The notes under the pieces were generated by a model. That model saw nothing but the letters and a program-made list of their open reading frames with translations. It ran no database searches and was not told where the DNA came from. This document shows positions 10,382-19,875 of a DNA stretch of 64,000 nucleotides, one piece after another. The stretch comes from an uncultured bacterium. Lineage in GTDB: Bacteria > Krumholzibacteriota > Krumholzibacteriia > LZORAL124-64-63. A program made the position numbers and the translations under genes. The stretch lies in assembly GCA_963727525.1 (NCBI GenBank), contig CAVSGO010000005.1:448001-512000 (forward strand), read 5' to 3'. Every line of letters begins with the position of its first letter. Position 1 is the first letter of the stretch.

Positions 10382-12064
10382 TTACCGCGAGAACACCAAA
10401 CGCGCCGTGGCGAAGTCCGCCGTCACCGCGCTCGCGCCCGCGGGCTCCACCCGCTCCCGCACACCGCCCACGCTGACGTCGCAGCGGCTGATGCCCAGGA
10501 AGCGGCGCCATGTGAGCGTCACCTCGGTGCGCCGGGCGACGCCGGGCAAATGACCGCACATGGCCCACGCCGTGCGGCGAAGCTGCAGTTCCAGCTCGTC
10601 GTCGCCGTCGTGCCAGCGGCCGCGGACGATGCCCAGCCACGATTCGGCGGCGCCGCCCTGGGGCAGGCCGAGGACCCAGCCGTCGTCGCTGAAGCCCCGG
10701 GTGAAGCCGCTGTTGGTGTACCAGAGCACATCGGGGTGGCGAGTCTCGCTGTACTGCAGGGCGAGGTCCCAGGCGGGGTCGAGCAGCTCGGCGCCGAGGA
10801 TGGCGGCGGGAACGGAGAGCTGCGGGATGGGGAGCCAGTCGTGGGGGTTGATGTCCTCTCCCCCGTACTCGGCCCATACGCGGCCGGCGGCTGCGGGCAG
10901 CAGCGGCCAGGGCGCGTGGCGAAATCGGACCTCCGTCGCGAAGGTCAGGATGCGGTCGGTTACGGGGCCATCGGAGGTCTCGCTCCAGGTGACGCCCGGA
11001 GTGGGGAACATGACCTCGGGCCAGTCGGTCCACAGGGTCTTGCCCGCGCGGGGCGCGGCCATGGCGGCGTGGGTGACGGTGGTGCGCAGCCAGGGCGTGT
11101 GGTTCCACGTGACCAGGGCCTGGGTGAGCAGGGGATGGGCCTCGCGCGTGAATCTTGTGTCATGGGCGTCCTCGTACTGGATGGTCTGGCGCGAAGTCGC
11201 GCCCACGCGTAGCAAGAGATGCGTCGGGGCCACGTGCCGCCACCAGCCACCCCAGGCGAAAGGTGCCACGCGCCGCACGGTGACGGCCGGGTAGGCCGGC
11301 GCCGAGAGGCTCGCGGTGAGGCCACCGTCCAGCCCCGGCCCCACGGACAGGGGTGTGAGCCCTGCCGACACCGACCAGCGTCCGAGGCGCACGCCGGTGA
11401 GGGCTCGCGGCCACGAGAGGTGCCAAGCGGGATCGCCATCGCGCGTGGTTCCGCGACGCGGCAGCATGGTGGCGTCCGGCCAGCCGCGATAGGCAAGCGA
11501 CGGATCGACGTCCCGTCCGAAGGCGATCGCGCGCCCTTCGAGGCGCGGGGCGACGCTGGCCCACCACGAGCCGGCCCACAGCGTGAACCCGGGCGCCAGA
11601 TCGGTGGCGATGCCGGTGCCGGCACCGAGGCCCGCCTCATCACGGATGAGGTCGCCGAGTCCCAGCGCCGTGATCCCGACCCGGCCCGCCAGACGGGCAT
11701 GAACGGGGTACCGTTTGCATTCGCAGGTCTGGGCGTACCACCCGTAGGTGCCCAGACCGTAGCGGGCGAGCAGGCGCGCGGCGACCCGACGCTCTGCGAG
11801 CGAGGACGTGACGTCACCGTCCTGGTCGCCGAGCAGGGACGCGGTGATTTCCCCCGCCGAGATCGGGAGATAGGGTGGCAGGAAGGTGCCGCCGAGGAGA
11901 GCTTGGCGACGCAGGGTCGCCCGCGGGATTGCGCGCGGATCGACCTCCACGGCGCCGCCGGTGCCGGCGCCAGCGGTGAGCAGGCCGCGGATCGCGTAGT
12001 AATCGTCGGCAGATGGTGGCGCGTCGGCTGCCGCGGCGGGGCGTGGGAGGCCAGCCGCGGCCAT
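10382..12064 (-). CDS. Outer-membrane beta-barrel, capsule assembly Wzi-like
   Basis: VGPGLDGGLTASLSAPAYPAV, WAEYGGED, WYTNSGFTRGFSDDGWVLGLPQG resemble Wzi motifs. Start is uncertain (12064-12109). Confidence 0.65.
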   Translation of the reverse strand: MAAAGLPRPAAAADAPPSADDYYAIRGLLTAGAGTGGAVEVDPRAIPRATLRRQALLGGTFLPPYLPISAGEITASLLGDQDGDVTSSLAERRVAARLLARYGLGTYGWYAQTCECKRYPVHARLAGRVGITALGLGDLIRDEAGLGAGTGIATDLAPGFTLWAGSWWASVAPRLEGRAIAFGRDVDPSLAYRGWPDATMLPRRGTTRDGDPAWHLSWPRALTGVRLGRWSVSAGLTPLSVGPGLDGGLTASLSAPAYPAVTVRRVAPFAWGGWWRHVAPTHLLLRVGATSRQTIQYEDAHDTRFTREAHPLLTQALVTWNHTPWLRTTVTHAAMAAPRAGKTLWTDWPEVMFPTPGVTWSETSDGPVTDRILTFATEVRFRHAPWPLLPAAAGRVWAEYGGEDINPHDWLPIPQLSVPAAILGAELLDPAWDLALQYSETRHPDVLWYTNSGFTRGFSDDGWVLGLPQGGAAESWLGIVRGRWHDGDDELELQLRRTAWAMCGHLPGVARRTEVTLTWRRFLGISRCDVSVGGVRERVEPAGASAVTADFATARLVFSR

Positions 12065-12105
12065 CAGTCCGAGGCCGAGGATCAGGGCACGAAGCGGGAC
12101 ACGAA

Positions 12106-12375
12106 TCAGTGCACGAGCGCGAGCACGATGGCGCCGAGAATCCACACCGGAGCCAGCGCCAGCGCCAGGGACACCACGATCGGAGCCACGCCAAGAACGA
12201 GCACCGCGCCCAGCGCGAGCAGCGGCAGGCCCACCACCAGCAGGAAGGCCCCCTTCGCGAGGACGAAGGCCAGCTTGATCGGCAGGATCACCAGGCCGAC
12301 CACGAGCTTCAGCAGGCCCAGACCGAGCCCCAGCAGGACCATCAGGAATATCAGACCGAAAATCGCCTCGAACAT
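12106..12375 (-). CDS. Small hydrophobic membrane protein
   Basis: 89 aa, almost entirely hydrophobic; GGAGG ribosome binding site upstream. Confidence 0.75.
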   Translation of the reverse strand: MFEAIFGLIFLMVLLGLGLGLLKLVVGLVILPIKLAFVLAKGAFLLVVGLPLLALGAVLVLGVAPIVVSLALALAPVWILGAIVLALVH

Positions 12376-12662
12376 GGACCTTCCTCCCGCGATCGTGCGG
12401 ATTGCCGTGGACCCGACCGCCGAATACTACGTGCTTGGCGGTGTCTGGTTGCATCAGCGGGGCCGTCCCGGCTGGCAACGAGGGAGATACCCGGAGCGCG
12501 GCGTGTTTGTTCGGTTATCAGAAAACGGAGTTATTTTAATCAAAGAACCCGTAAATTTGTGATAAAATACTAAAAGCTGCTTCATTGGTGACATCCCGTG
12601 GTCCGTGGAACGCGCGCAATCCTCATTCCCACCCGGGCGGACCGTGAAGCAGCTACCTAGAT

Positions 12663-12695
12663 CGGCCGGCGGCACCGCCAGGATGCCGCCGGCCG
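12663..12695 (-). terminator. Stem-loop downstream of the M16 peptidase operon
   Basis: Perfect 12-bp inverted repeat CGGCCGGCGGCA/TGCCGCCGGCCG with a 9-nt loop. Confidence 0.6.
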
Positions 12696-12721
12696 CTGTC
12701 CTTCCGGTCTTCGGCCCTCGG

Positions 12722-14857
12722 TCACGACTCCTTGGTGAACATGGCCTTGTCCACCTTGGGATTGGCCTGGAAGTCCTTGACCTCGATCGTGCCGAATTCC
12801 TCGTCGTCGAAGAACATGCGCATGGTCTTGGGCATGGTGAATCCTGCCATGTCCGCCGTCCCGTCGACATAAACCTTCACGGTGGTCGGCGACTGCGTCA
12901 TCGGGTTCGTGCCCTTGCTCTGCATCATCTTCACCAGACCCGTCTTCGCGTCCAGGAAGTAGATCTGGTAATCGTCCCCACCCTTGGGCGTGACGTAGAC
13001 CGGCTGGCAAGCCACGCCGTCGACCTCGGTGGGCTCGAGGGCCTGACAGTCGAACTGGTCGAGTTCCCGCAACAGGGCCACGGTGTCGCTACGCATGTCA
13101 CGATGGGCTTCCTCGAGATCATCGGCCGACATGTCCTTCGTCTTGCCCATGCCCGTGGCCCAGCCGGCATCGCCGGTGACAACCTGGGTCTGCTCGCCGA
13201 AGGGCAGCTTCGTCACCATGACCATGCGGTCGGGGAAGACGACGGTCTTCTCGATGTTGATGTCCATCGATCCCATCGGCGTGTTGGCCGTCATCACGCT
13301 CACCTCGTGATAGCTCGTGAGGCTGGTGATCTTCTTGCCGCCCGACCTGTCCCGCAGAGCCACCATGAGGTCGTGCCCCTTGGCCAGCGTCTCGGGGGTG
13401 GGATCCGGCACGTTCAGCGCGATCGACGGCTCGGGAATCGTGATGTCGATGGCGTTGACGGGGCCGAACTTGCTCAGATCGCCGTCCCAGTCGGACGCGT
13501 TGCCCACGGCGAGGATGCTCATCCGGTCCGGATGCCACAGCGCATCGCAGGCCGCCTGGATCTTCTGCGGCGTGAGCGCGCGCACGGCCTCCTGGTACTT
13601 CTGCAGGAAGTCGGCGGGGTAGCCATTCATCTCGAAGGTCACCAGCCGGTCGAGGACATCGCGCTTGCTCTCGTAGTCGAAGACCTCGCTGTTGAGAATC
13701 TGATCCTGAGCGCGCTTCAGCTCCTCCTCGGTGACTGGCTTGTCGAGCATGGCCTTGATGTCGTCGAGGATGACGTCGACCGACTGTTGCACGGTGCTGT
13801 TCTTGGTCAACGTGTAGGCCATGAACATGCCGGGGAACCGGTAGCCCGTGCCAGGAGCGCTGCCCACCGCGTAGGCCCAGCCGCGGTTGCTGCGCACGTC
13901 CTTGAATAACCGCGAGCCGAACCCGCCGCCGAGGATGTCGTTGGCGACCATCGCCGCCGCGTAGTTCGGATCGTCGTTGCGAATACCCTTGTGCCCGAGC
14001 ATCACCGTGGTCTGCGTGAGGTCGCTCTTGTCCACGATGTTCACGGTGCGCGGCAGATCGGGGATCGCCGGATCCGGTGGCAGCGGCTGCGTGGCCTTCT
14101 TCCAGCCCGTGAAGGCCTGGGTGATGGCGTCGACCATCTGCTGCCGGTCGAAGTCGCCCACGACCACGAGGTACGTGCGGTCGGGGTGGAAGTAGGTGTC
14201 GTGGAATGCCACCATGTCGTCGCGGGTGATCGCGGCGATGGAGTCGTACTCGGGCGTGCGGGCCAGCGGATGATCCGGGCCGAAGAGCACCTTCATCGCC
14301 TCGCGACGCGCGATGGCCATCGGCTCGTCGTTGCGACGCGAGATCTGTGCCTTCTGCTGCTCCTTCGCCAGGTCGATCTTGTCGTCGGCGAAGCGCGGAT
14401 GCATGAGGATGTCGGCCAGCAGGTCCAGCCCGAGGCTGGTATCCTCCTTCAGACACGATAGGTAGGCGTTGCCGCTGGTCTGCCCGATCGACGTCTCCAC
14501 CACCAGTCCACGCGCCTCGGCGAGCTGGTCGATCTCGTCGCCGGTGCGGTCGCCGGCGCCACCGGTGCGCAGCACGGTGCCGGTCATCGCGGCGAGACCC
14601 ACCTTGTCCGTGGGGTCGTAGATACCACCCGCGCGGATCGTGGCCGAGAGCTGGATCATGGGCAGGAAATGGTCCTCGGCGAGGTACAGCACCATGCCGT
14701 CGTCCAGCTCTACTCGCTCGTAGTCGGGCATCGTGAACGGTGCGAGCGCCGGGATCTTGATCTTCTGCCAAGGCTCCTTCGCGGTCGCCCCCGTCGCCAG
14801 CGACAGGGCGAGCACTGCCAGGAGGGCAGCCAGCGTCACGCGTGTCTTCGTCTTCAT
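12722..14857 (-). CDS. M16 (pitrilysin/insulinase) family non-catalytic subunit with C-terminal extension
   Basis: Signal peptide; M16 motifs (LGGGFGSRLFKDVRSNRGWAY); no HXXEH; about 230 aa extra beta-rich C-terminal domain. Confidence 0.88.
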   Translation of the reverse strand: MKTKTRVTLAALLAVLALSLATGATAKEPWQKIKIPALAPFTMPDYERVELDDGMVLYLAEDHFLPMIQLSATIRAGGIYDPTDKVGLAAMTGTVLRTGGAGDRTGDEIDQLAEARGLVVETSIGQTSGNAYLSCLKEDTSLGLDLLADILMHPRFADDKIDLAKEQQKAQISRRNDEPMAIARREAMKVLFGPDHPLARTPEYDSIAAITRDDMVAFHDTYFHPDRTYLVVVGDFDRQQMVDAITQAFTGWKKATQPLPPDPAIPDLPRTVNIVDKSDLTQTTVMLGHKGIRNDDPNYAAAMVANDILGGGFGSRLFKDVRSNRGWAYAVGSAPGTGYRFPGMFMAYTLTKNSTVQQSVDVILDDIKAMLDKPVTEEELKRAQDQILNSEVFDYESKRDVLDRLVTFEMNGYPADFLQKYQEAVRALTPQKIQAACDALWHPDRMSILAVGNASDWDGDLSKFGPVNAIDITIPEPSIALNVPDPTPETLAKGHDLMVALRDRSGGKKITSLTSYHEVSVMTANTPMGSMDINIEKTVVFPDRMVMVTKLPFGEQTQVVTGDAGWATGMGKTKDMSADDLEEAHRDMRSDTVALLRELDQFDCQALEPTEVDGVACQPVYVTPKGGDDYQIYFLDAKTGLVKMMQSKGTNPMTQSPTTVKVYVDGTADMAGFTMPKTMRMFFDDEEFGTIEVKDFQANPKVDKAMFTKES

Positions 14858-14896
14858 CGTCGGTCCTTTCTCACGGCTCGGGACACGGGGCCCGGC

Positions 14897-16435
14897 TTAC
14901 GACTCCTGGTTCTCGATCATGCCCACGGTGAGCTTCTTGTCCTGGAAGATCTCGGCGGCCACGCGCGTGATGTCGTCGGCAGTGACGGCGTCCATCTTCT
15001 GAACCTCGCGGAACAGGTTGTGCCAGTCGCCGGTCTCCATCTGATAGGTGGAGAGCTGGTCGGCGAGGCCCTCGTTGTCGTCGAGGCCGCGCAGGAAATT
15101 GGCCCGGGCGCGCTGCTTGACGCCGGCGAGTTCCTCGTCGGTAACACCATCGGCGACCAGGCGCGCCACCTCATCGCGCACAGAGGTTTCGAGATCGGAT
15201 GCCGTGACGCCCTTGGCCGGTACGCCGATCAGGGCGAGCAGGGTGCGGTACTGGTTGCCGGGGAAACCGGCGAAGCTCATGACCTGGACGGCCTGCTTGT
15301 CTTCCTTCACCAGCTTCTTGTAGAGCCGGCTCGTGCGCCCCTGGCCAAGGATGTCGGCGATGGCCCGGTAGACCGGCCAGTCGTCGCTGTGGATACTGTC
15401 GATCTGCCAGCCCATCATGAGGATCGGCTGGCTCTGGGAGGGCATATCCAGGCGGCGTTCGGCGATCTGATCGGGCTCGCGCGTCTCCTCCACCTCGGGA
15501 TGGCCCGCGGGGATCCGGGAGAAGTACTTGCGCGCCAGCTTCTCCACCTCGTCCGCCTTCACGTCGCCGACCACGGCGATGCAGATGTTCTTGCCGACGT
15601 AATTGCGATGGTAGAAGTCCGCGCAATCCTGGCGGCTGATGTTCTGCAGATCGGACATGTAGCCGATGGTGGAGTGATGGTATCCGTTGGCGATGAAGGC
15701 GAGATTCTGGAACTGCTCCATGAGCTTGCCGAACGGGCTGTTGTCGGTGCGCATGCGGCGCTCCTCGGTGACCGGCCCGTCCTTCTCGGTGTAGAACTCG
15801 CGCAGGACCGGGTCGGCCATGCGATCGCCCTCGAGGTAGGCCCACAGCTCGAGGCGATTGCTCGGGAAGCTGTAGTAGTACTGCGTCTGATCCACCCACG
15901 TGGACGCGTTCAGCCCCACGCCGCCGTTGCTCTCGACGATCTCGCCGAACTCGTTGCTCTTGACATACTCGCGCGCAGCGTCCTTGGCGTCGTCGAAGGC
16001 CTTCTGCAGCGCCGCCAGCTTGTCGGGGTCGGCCTTGTCGCGCTTCAGACGCTCGGTCTTGAGGGCCGCGAAGGCCGCATCCTCGGCCGCCATGGCCTTG
16101 GCCTCGGCCTTGGAGTCGGTGGTGCCGATGTCGTGGGTGCCCTTGAATGCCATGTGCTCGAGAATGTGGGCGATGCCGGTGATGCCACGCACCTCGTTGG
16201 CGCTGCCGACGCTCACGTAGGTGTGGAACGAGAACACCGGCACTTCCGGACGCTCGAGCACCAGGAAGGTGATGCCGTTGTCGAGCGTGAACGCGTGTAC
16301 CTGATTCTCGAGGCCGAGATAGGTCTGGTTCTGATCGGTCTGGGCCGTGGCCAGCGCGGCGCTCGCCACGACGACGCCGACCGTGATCACGGCCAGCCAC
16401 GCGCGCGTGGCCGACAAAGAGGTGAACCTGGGCAT
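14897..16435 (-). CDS. M16 family zinc metallopeptidase, catalytic subunit
   Basis: Signal peptide; GIAHILEHMAFKGT (HXXEH), NASTWVDQT, VTEERRMR. Confidence 0.93.
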   Translation of the reverse strand: MPRFTSLSATRAWLAVITVGVVVASAALATAQTDQNQTYLGLENQVHAFTLDNGITFLVLERPEVPVFSFHTYVSVGSANEVRGITGIAHILEHMAFKGTHDIGTTDSKAEAKAMAAEDAAFAALKTERLKRDKADPDKLAALQKAFDDAKDAAREYVKSNEFGEIVESNGGVGLNASTWVDQTQYYYSFPSNRLELWAYLEGDRMADPVLREFYTEKDGPVTEERRMRTDNSPFGKLMEQFQNLAFIANGYHHSTIGYMSDLQNISRQDCADFYHRNYVGKNICIAVVGDVKADEVEKLARKYFSRIPAGHPEVEETREPDQIAERRLDMPSQSQPILMMGWQIDSIHSDDWPVYRAIADILGQGRTSRLYKKLVKEDKQAVQVMSFAGFPGNQYRTLLALIGVPAKGVTASDLETSVRDEVARLVADGVTDEELAGVKQRARANFLRGLDDNEGLADQLSTYQMETGDWHNLFREVQKMDAVTADDITRVAAEIFQDKKLTVGMIENQES

Positions 16436-16539
16436 GATGCCTCCGTGGAAATCCCCGACTCGGCGGGGGTCGACGCAGGTCCGGACGCCGCCGTTCCTGC
16501 GGTCACTCGAGTGATGGTGGCGTCGCCATGAACCCTGGC

Positions 16540-16568
16540 ACGCTAGCATCGACGCCAACCCCTGTCAA
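16540..16568 (-). promoter_or_regulatory. Sigma70-type promoter for the M16 operon
   Basis: Minus strand TTGACA-N17-TAGCGT with extended TGn; the -35 overlaps the mpg stop codon. Confidence 0.6.
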
Positions 16569-17206
16569 AAAACCGCTTTGCGGCGAAGTTCCGGCCGGGA
16601 CGCGCTGAGGCACTCGCTCTGCGCGTCACAGAAACGCCAGGGCCGTTCGGCGGCCTGGCGTACGCCGATGCGTCCCGTGGCCTCCACAGCGGTGACCGGA
16701 CGCTCGGACGCACTGATCCACACCTGGATGTCCGCCGCGGCCCGCACGCGCCGACCGGCGAGGAATCGGCCGTTGCAGGCCCGCGTGACCCCCAGAGCCC
16801 GGCAGAGCCTGCCCGGCCCGCGGCAGAGGTCCCGCACGGGTCGCGGGCGCCCCGCGCGGGCTCCCATGAGCGGCAGCCCGGCCACGGGTTCGAGCGCCCG
16901 CAGCAACACGGCACCGGCCACGCCATCGCGCTCGGTCACGGCATTCAGGCAGTGGTGCATACCATAGACCATGTACACGTACGCCACTCCGGGCTTGCCG
17001 AACATGATGGCACTGCGCGGCGTCGGCCCCCGGCCGGCGTGCGACGCGGGGTCGTCGGTGCCGAGATACGCCTCGACCTCGACGATGCGTCCGCCCGCGA
17101 CCTCGCCGCACACCCGGGTCCAGAGCTGGCACCCCAGCAGATCACGCGCGACGGTCAACGTGTCGCGAGCGAAGAAGGCCACGGAAAGCGGCGCGGGTGT
17201 CGCCAT
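16565..17206 (-). CDS. mpg: DNA-3-methyladenine glycosylase (AAG/MPG family)
   Basis: FFARDTLTVARDLLG, GRIVEVEAY, YVYMVYGMHHCLN, AVLLRALEP, GPGRLC, RIGV. Confidence 0.93.
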   Translation of the reverse strand: MATPAPLSVAFFARDTLTVARDLLGCQLWTRVCGEVAGGRIVEVEAYLGTDDPASHAGRGPTPRSAIMFGKPGVAYVYMVYGMHHCLNAVTERDGVAGAVLLRALEPVAGLPLMGARAGRPRPVRDLCRGPGRLCRALGVTRACNGRFLAGRRVRAAADIQVWISASERPVTAVEATGRIGVRQAAERPWRFCDAQSECLSASRPELRRKAVF

Positions 17207-18075
17207 CAGCCCCCCTGCCTGTCCAGCTCGCGCCGGCGCAGCAGCACCACGCCGAGGAACGTCGCCACCATCACGACGATGATGAGCACGACCCCCGACT
17301 GCCACGCGGGCATCGGCTGCCGCGCGAGGGCACGGTTGAGCAGGTCCTCGATGACGCCGCGAAGATCCTGCGCCGGCAGATCGGGCCAGTCGATGAGGTT
17401 GCGCAGGTGGAACCGGATGGTCCATTCCTGGATGCGCTGCGGGATCCCGCTGACCAGTGTTTCCCAGCCGAAGACGAAGAGGATCGCGACGAGCAGCGGG
17501 CGCTTCAGCCACGTGCCCACACACGCGAAGATCGCCGTGTACACCGCCGCGCCGAGCAGCACGACCACGGCCGCCATGAGGTAGAGCTTGATGAACGCGA
17601 GCGTCACCGCGCCGAAGCCGCCCAGCATGAGCATCACGAAGCACGTGGCCAGGGCCAGCACGAGCAGCCCGCCGGCCACCGCCTGCGCGGCGAGCAGCCG
17701 CCCCAGGTACAGGGCGCTCCGGCGGATGGGACGCGTCCAGTAGTAGACGAGCGTGCCGTCCTCGATGGGCTCACCGATCGCCGACGTGCCCACCGCCATC
17801 GCCACGACCGGGATGAGGAACGGGATGAGCAGGTTGCCGACGAGCATCGCCAGCAGGGACTCGGGCGCCAGCGCGACCGGCAGCCACAGCCGCGCGGCCA
17901 GAAGCAGGGCCACCGGCACCAGCATGAGCAGGGACAGCGACACCAGCCGGCGCCGGCGCGCCATCTCGCGCACGGCATAGAAGGCGATGATGGCGATGGC
18001 CGGCAAGCTTGGCATCGCCGCCGGCGCGGCCGGCGCGGTGGCGTTGCGGGGGGAGGTGTCGGACGCGATCGTCAT
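17206..18075 (-). CDS. ABC-2 type transporter permease
   Basis: Multiple transmembrane segments; EPIEDGTLVYYWTRPIRR motif. Confidence 0.85.
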   Translation of the reverse strand: MTIASDTSPRNATAPAAPAAMPSLPAIAIIAFYAVREMARRRRLVSLSLLMLVPVALLLAARLWLPVALAPESLLAMLVGNLLIPFLIPVVAMAVGTSAIGEPIEDGTLVYYWTRPIRRSALYLGRLLAAQAVAGGLLVLALATCFVMLMLGGFGAVTLAFIKLYLMAAVVVLLGAAVYTAIFACVGTWLKRPLLVAILFVFGWETLVSGIPQRIQEWTIRFHLRNLIDWPDLPAQDLRGVIEDLLNRALARQPMPAWQSGVVLIIVVMVATFLGVVLLRRRELDRQGG

Positions 18076-18082
18076 GCGGGCC

Positions 18083-19018
18083 TCAGCTCTCCGTCAGATA
18101 GGCGAACACGGATTCCAGGTCGTCGTCGAGCGTATGGATCTCCTCGATCGGCAGTCTCGCATCCAGCAGCCACTGCGGCAGGTGCCGGTAGAAGTCGAGA
18201 GCATGGTCGGTGCGTACCACCAGCCGGCCATCGCCAGTCAGCTCGGTGCCCACCACGTGGTCCTGGCGCGCCAGGTACGCCGCGAGATCGCGCAGGCGTG
18301 GCGAGCGCAGGGCCACCACCGTGGGATGCTCGGGGATGAGATCGCGGATCTCGGCAACGTCGCCCTCGGCCAGCACCTTGCCACGGTGGATGAGCACCAC
18401 GTTGCGCGTCATCTCCTCGACCTCCGGCAGGATGTGGCTGGAGACCAGCACCGTCTTGCCCGCCTGGCCGAGTTCCTGGATGAGCTGGATCGTCTGATGG
18501 CGGCTCACGGGATCCATGCCGTTGAGCGGCTCGTCCATGAAGAGGATGTCGGGATCGTGCGCGAGGGCCTGGGCGAGCTTCAGTTTCTGGCGCATGCCCT
18601 TGGAGTAGCCGCCGAGCTGCCGCCGTGCGGCATCGGTGAGCTCGAAGCGATCGAGCAGTTCCTGCGCGCGCCGCGCGGCCAGCGCCGCGGTGAAGCCATG
18701 CAACCGCAGCATGAGGTTGAGAAACTCGCGCCCGGTCATCCAGCCGGGCAGCGCGTCGCTCTCGGGGCAGAAGCCGATGCGGCGATACAGGCCGATGTGG
18801 CTGCGCAGCGGCTGGCCCTCGAGGTGCACGTCGCCGTGGCTCGGCGTGATGAGGCCGGCCATCAGCTTGAAGAGCGTCGTCTTGCCCGCGCCATTCTGCC
18901 CGAGCAGACCGATCACGCCCCCGCCGACGGACAAGGTGCAGCTGTTCACGGCCACGACCTCGCCGAACCACTTGCCGACGCGGTTGGCGGACAGGCGCGC
19001 CTGGCCCGCGCCGATCAT
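18083..19018 (-). CDS. ABC transporter ATP-binding protein
   Basis: GQNGAGKTT, YSKGMRQK, MDEP, SSH. Start at ATG 19018. Confidence 0.92.
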   Translation of the reverse strand: MIGAGQARLSANRVGKWFGEVVAVNSCTLSVGGGVIGLLGQNGAGKTTLFKLMAGLITPSHGDVHLEGQPLRSHIGLYRRIGFCPESDALPGWMTGREFLNLMLRLHGFTAALAARRAQELLDRFELTDAARRQLGGYSKGMRQKLKLAQALAHDPDILFMDEPLNGMDPVSRHQTIQLIQELGQAGKTVLVSSHILPEVEEMTRNVVLIHRGKVLAEGDVAEIRDLIPEHPTVVALRSPRLRDLAAYLARQDHVVGTELTGDGRLVVRTDHALDFYRHLPQWLLDARLPIEEIHTLDDDLESVFAYLTES

Positions 19019-19872
19019 ACCACCACCTCCACCGGCCGGATCTGCTTGCGCAGCACGAGGATCGCCCCGCCGGCCCAGAGCAGGCACACGCCCAGACTCA
19101 CCCACGGCGACACGTCCAGCCGCGGCGGCGCCGCGAAGAGCAGCGTGCCCGCGTTGTGGAACTGACCGCCGAAGTTGACGATCTGCATCGACTTCACGCC
19201 GACGAGCGAGAAGAGATTGCCCACGGCCTCGCTGCCCATGTAGAGCACCGTCCACCACACGACGATGAAGATCGTGCGCTTGCCCAGCGACGAGAACGCG
19301 AGCAGGACGAGGCTCACGATCACCCCGCTGGCGAGGCAGTAGACGAGCAGGCGTAACGGCGTGAGCAGCAGCACCTGCACGCCCGTGGCCGTGGGGTCGA
19401 CCAGATAGGCGAAGATGCAAAGAACCCAGGCGGGCACGAGAGTGACCGCGAGGTACCAGCCGAGGATGACCAGCCCCTTGCCGGCCACGTACGAGCTCAC
19501 ACCGAGCGGACGGGAGAAGTAGAGCGACAGCCCGTTCTCGCGCCGGTCGCGCGCGATGAGGCTGGCGCCGACGAGGGCCGTGAAGAGGAACACGAAGAAA
19601 CGCTGGCTCTCCACGTAGCTGAGGAATCCGCCCGGCGCGATGCTCGTCCACGCGCTGCCGGCGGCGAGGTCGAGGATCTGTCCTGCCTTGGCCTTGAAAT
19701 AGATGATGCCGCCCTTGACGATGGCCGGGATCCAGGACATGAACACGAGGAAGAGAAACGCCCGGCGTTGCAGCGGCGCCACGAGGCCGCGCCGCGCGAT
19801 GGCCCACCAGGGGGGATCGGCGGCGAGGCCAGACGGTGTCCAGTGCGTGTATCCGCGTTCGTAGACGGGCAT
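19015..19872 (-). CDS. ABC-2 type transporter permease
   Basis: MPVYERGY start, IARDRRENGLSLYFSRP motif, multiple transmembrane segments. Confidence 0.85.
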   Translation of the reverse strand: MPVYERGYTHWTPSGLAADPPWWAIARRGLVAPLQRRAFLFLVFMSWIPAIVKGGIIYFKAKAGQILDLAAGSAWTSIAPGGFLSYVESQRFFVFLFTALVGASLIARDRRENGLSLYFSRPLGVSSYVAGKGLVILGWYLAVTLVPAWVLCIFAYLVDPTATGVQVLLLTPLRLLVYCLASGVIVSLVLLAFSSLGKRTIFIVVWWTVLYMGSEAVGNLFSLVGVKSMQIVNFGGQFHNAGTLLFAAPPRLDVSPWVSLGVCLLWAGGAILVLRKQIRPVEVVV

Positions 19873-19875
19873 CGA

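Noticed and set aside
12500-12600. AT-rich patch as a possible foreign insert or RNA gene
   Set aside because: Short and intergenic; most simply a promoter region. I found no recognisable RNA structure.
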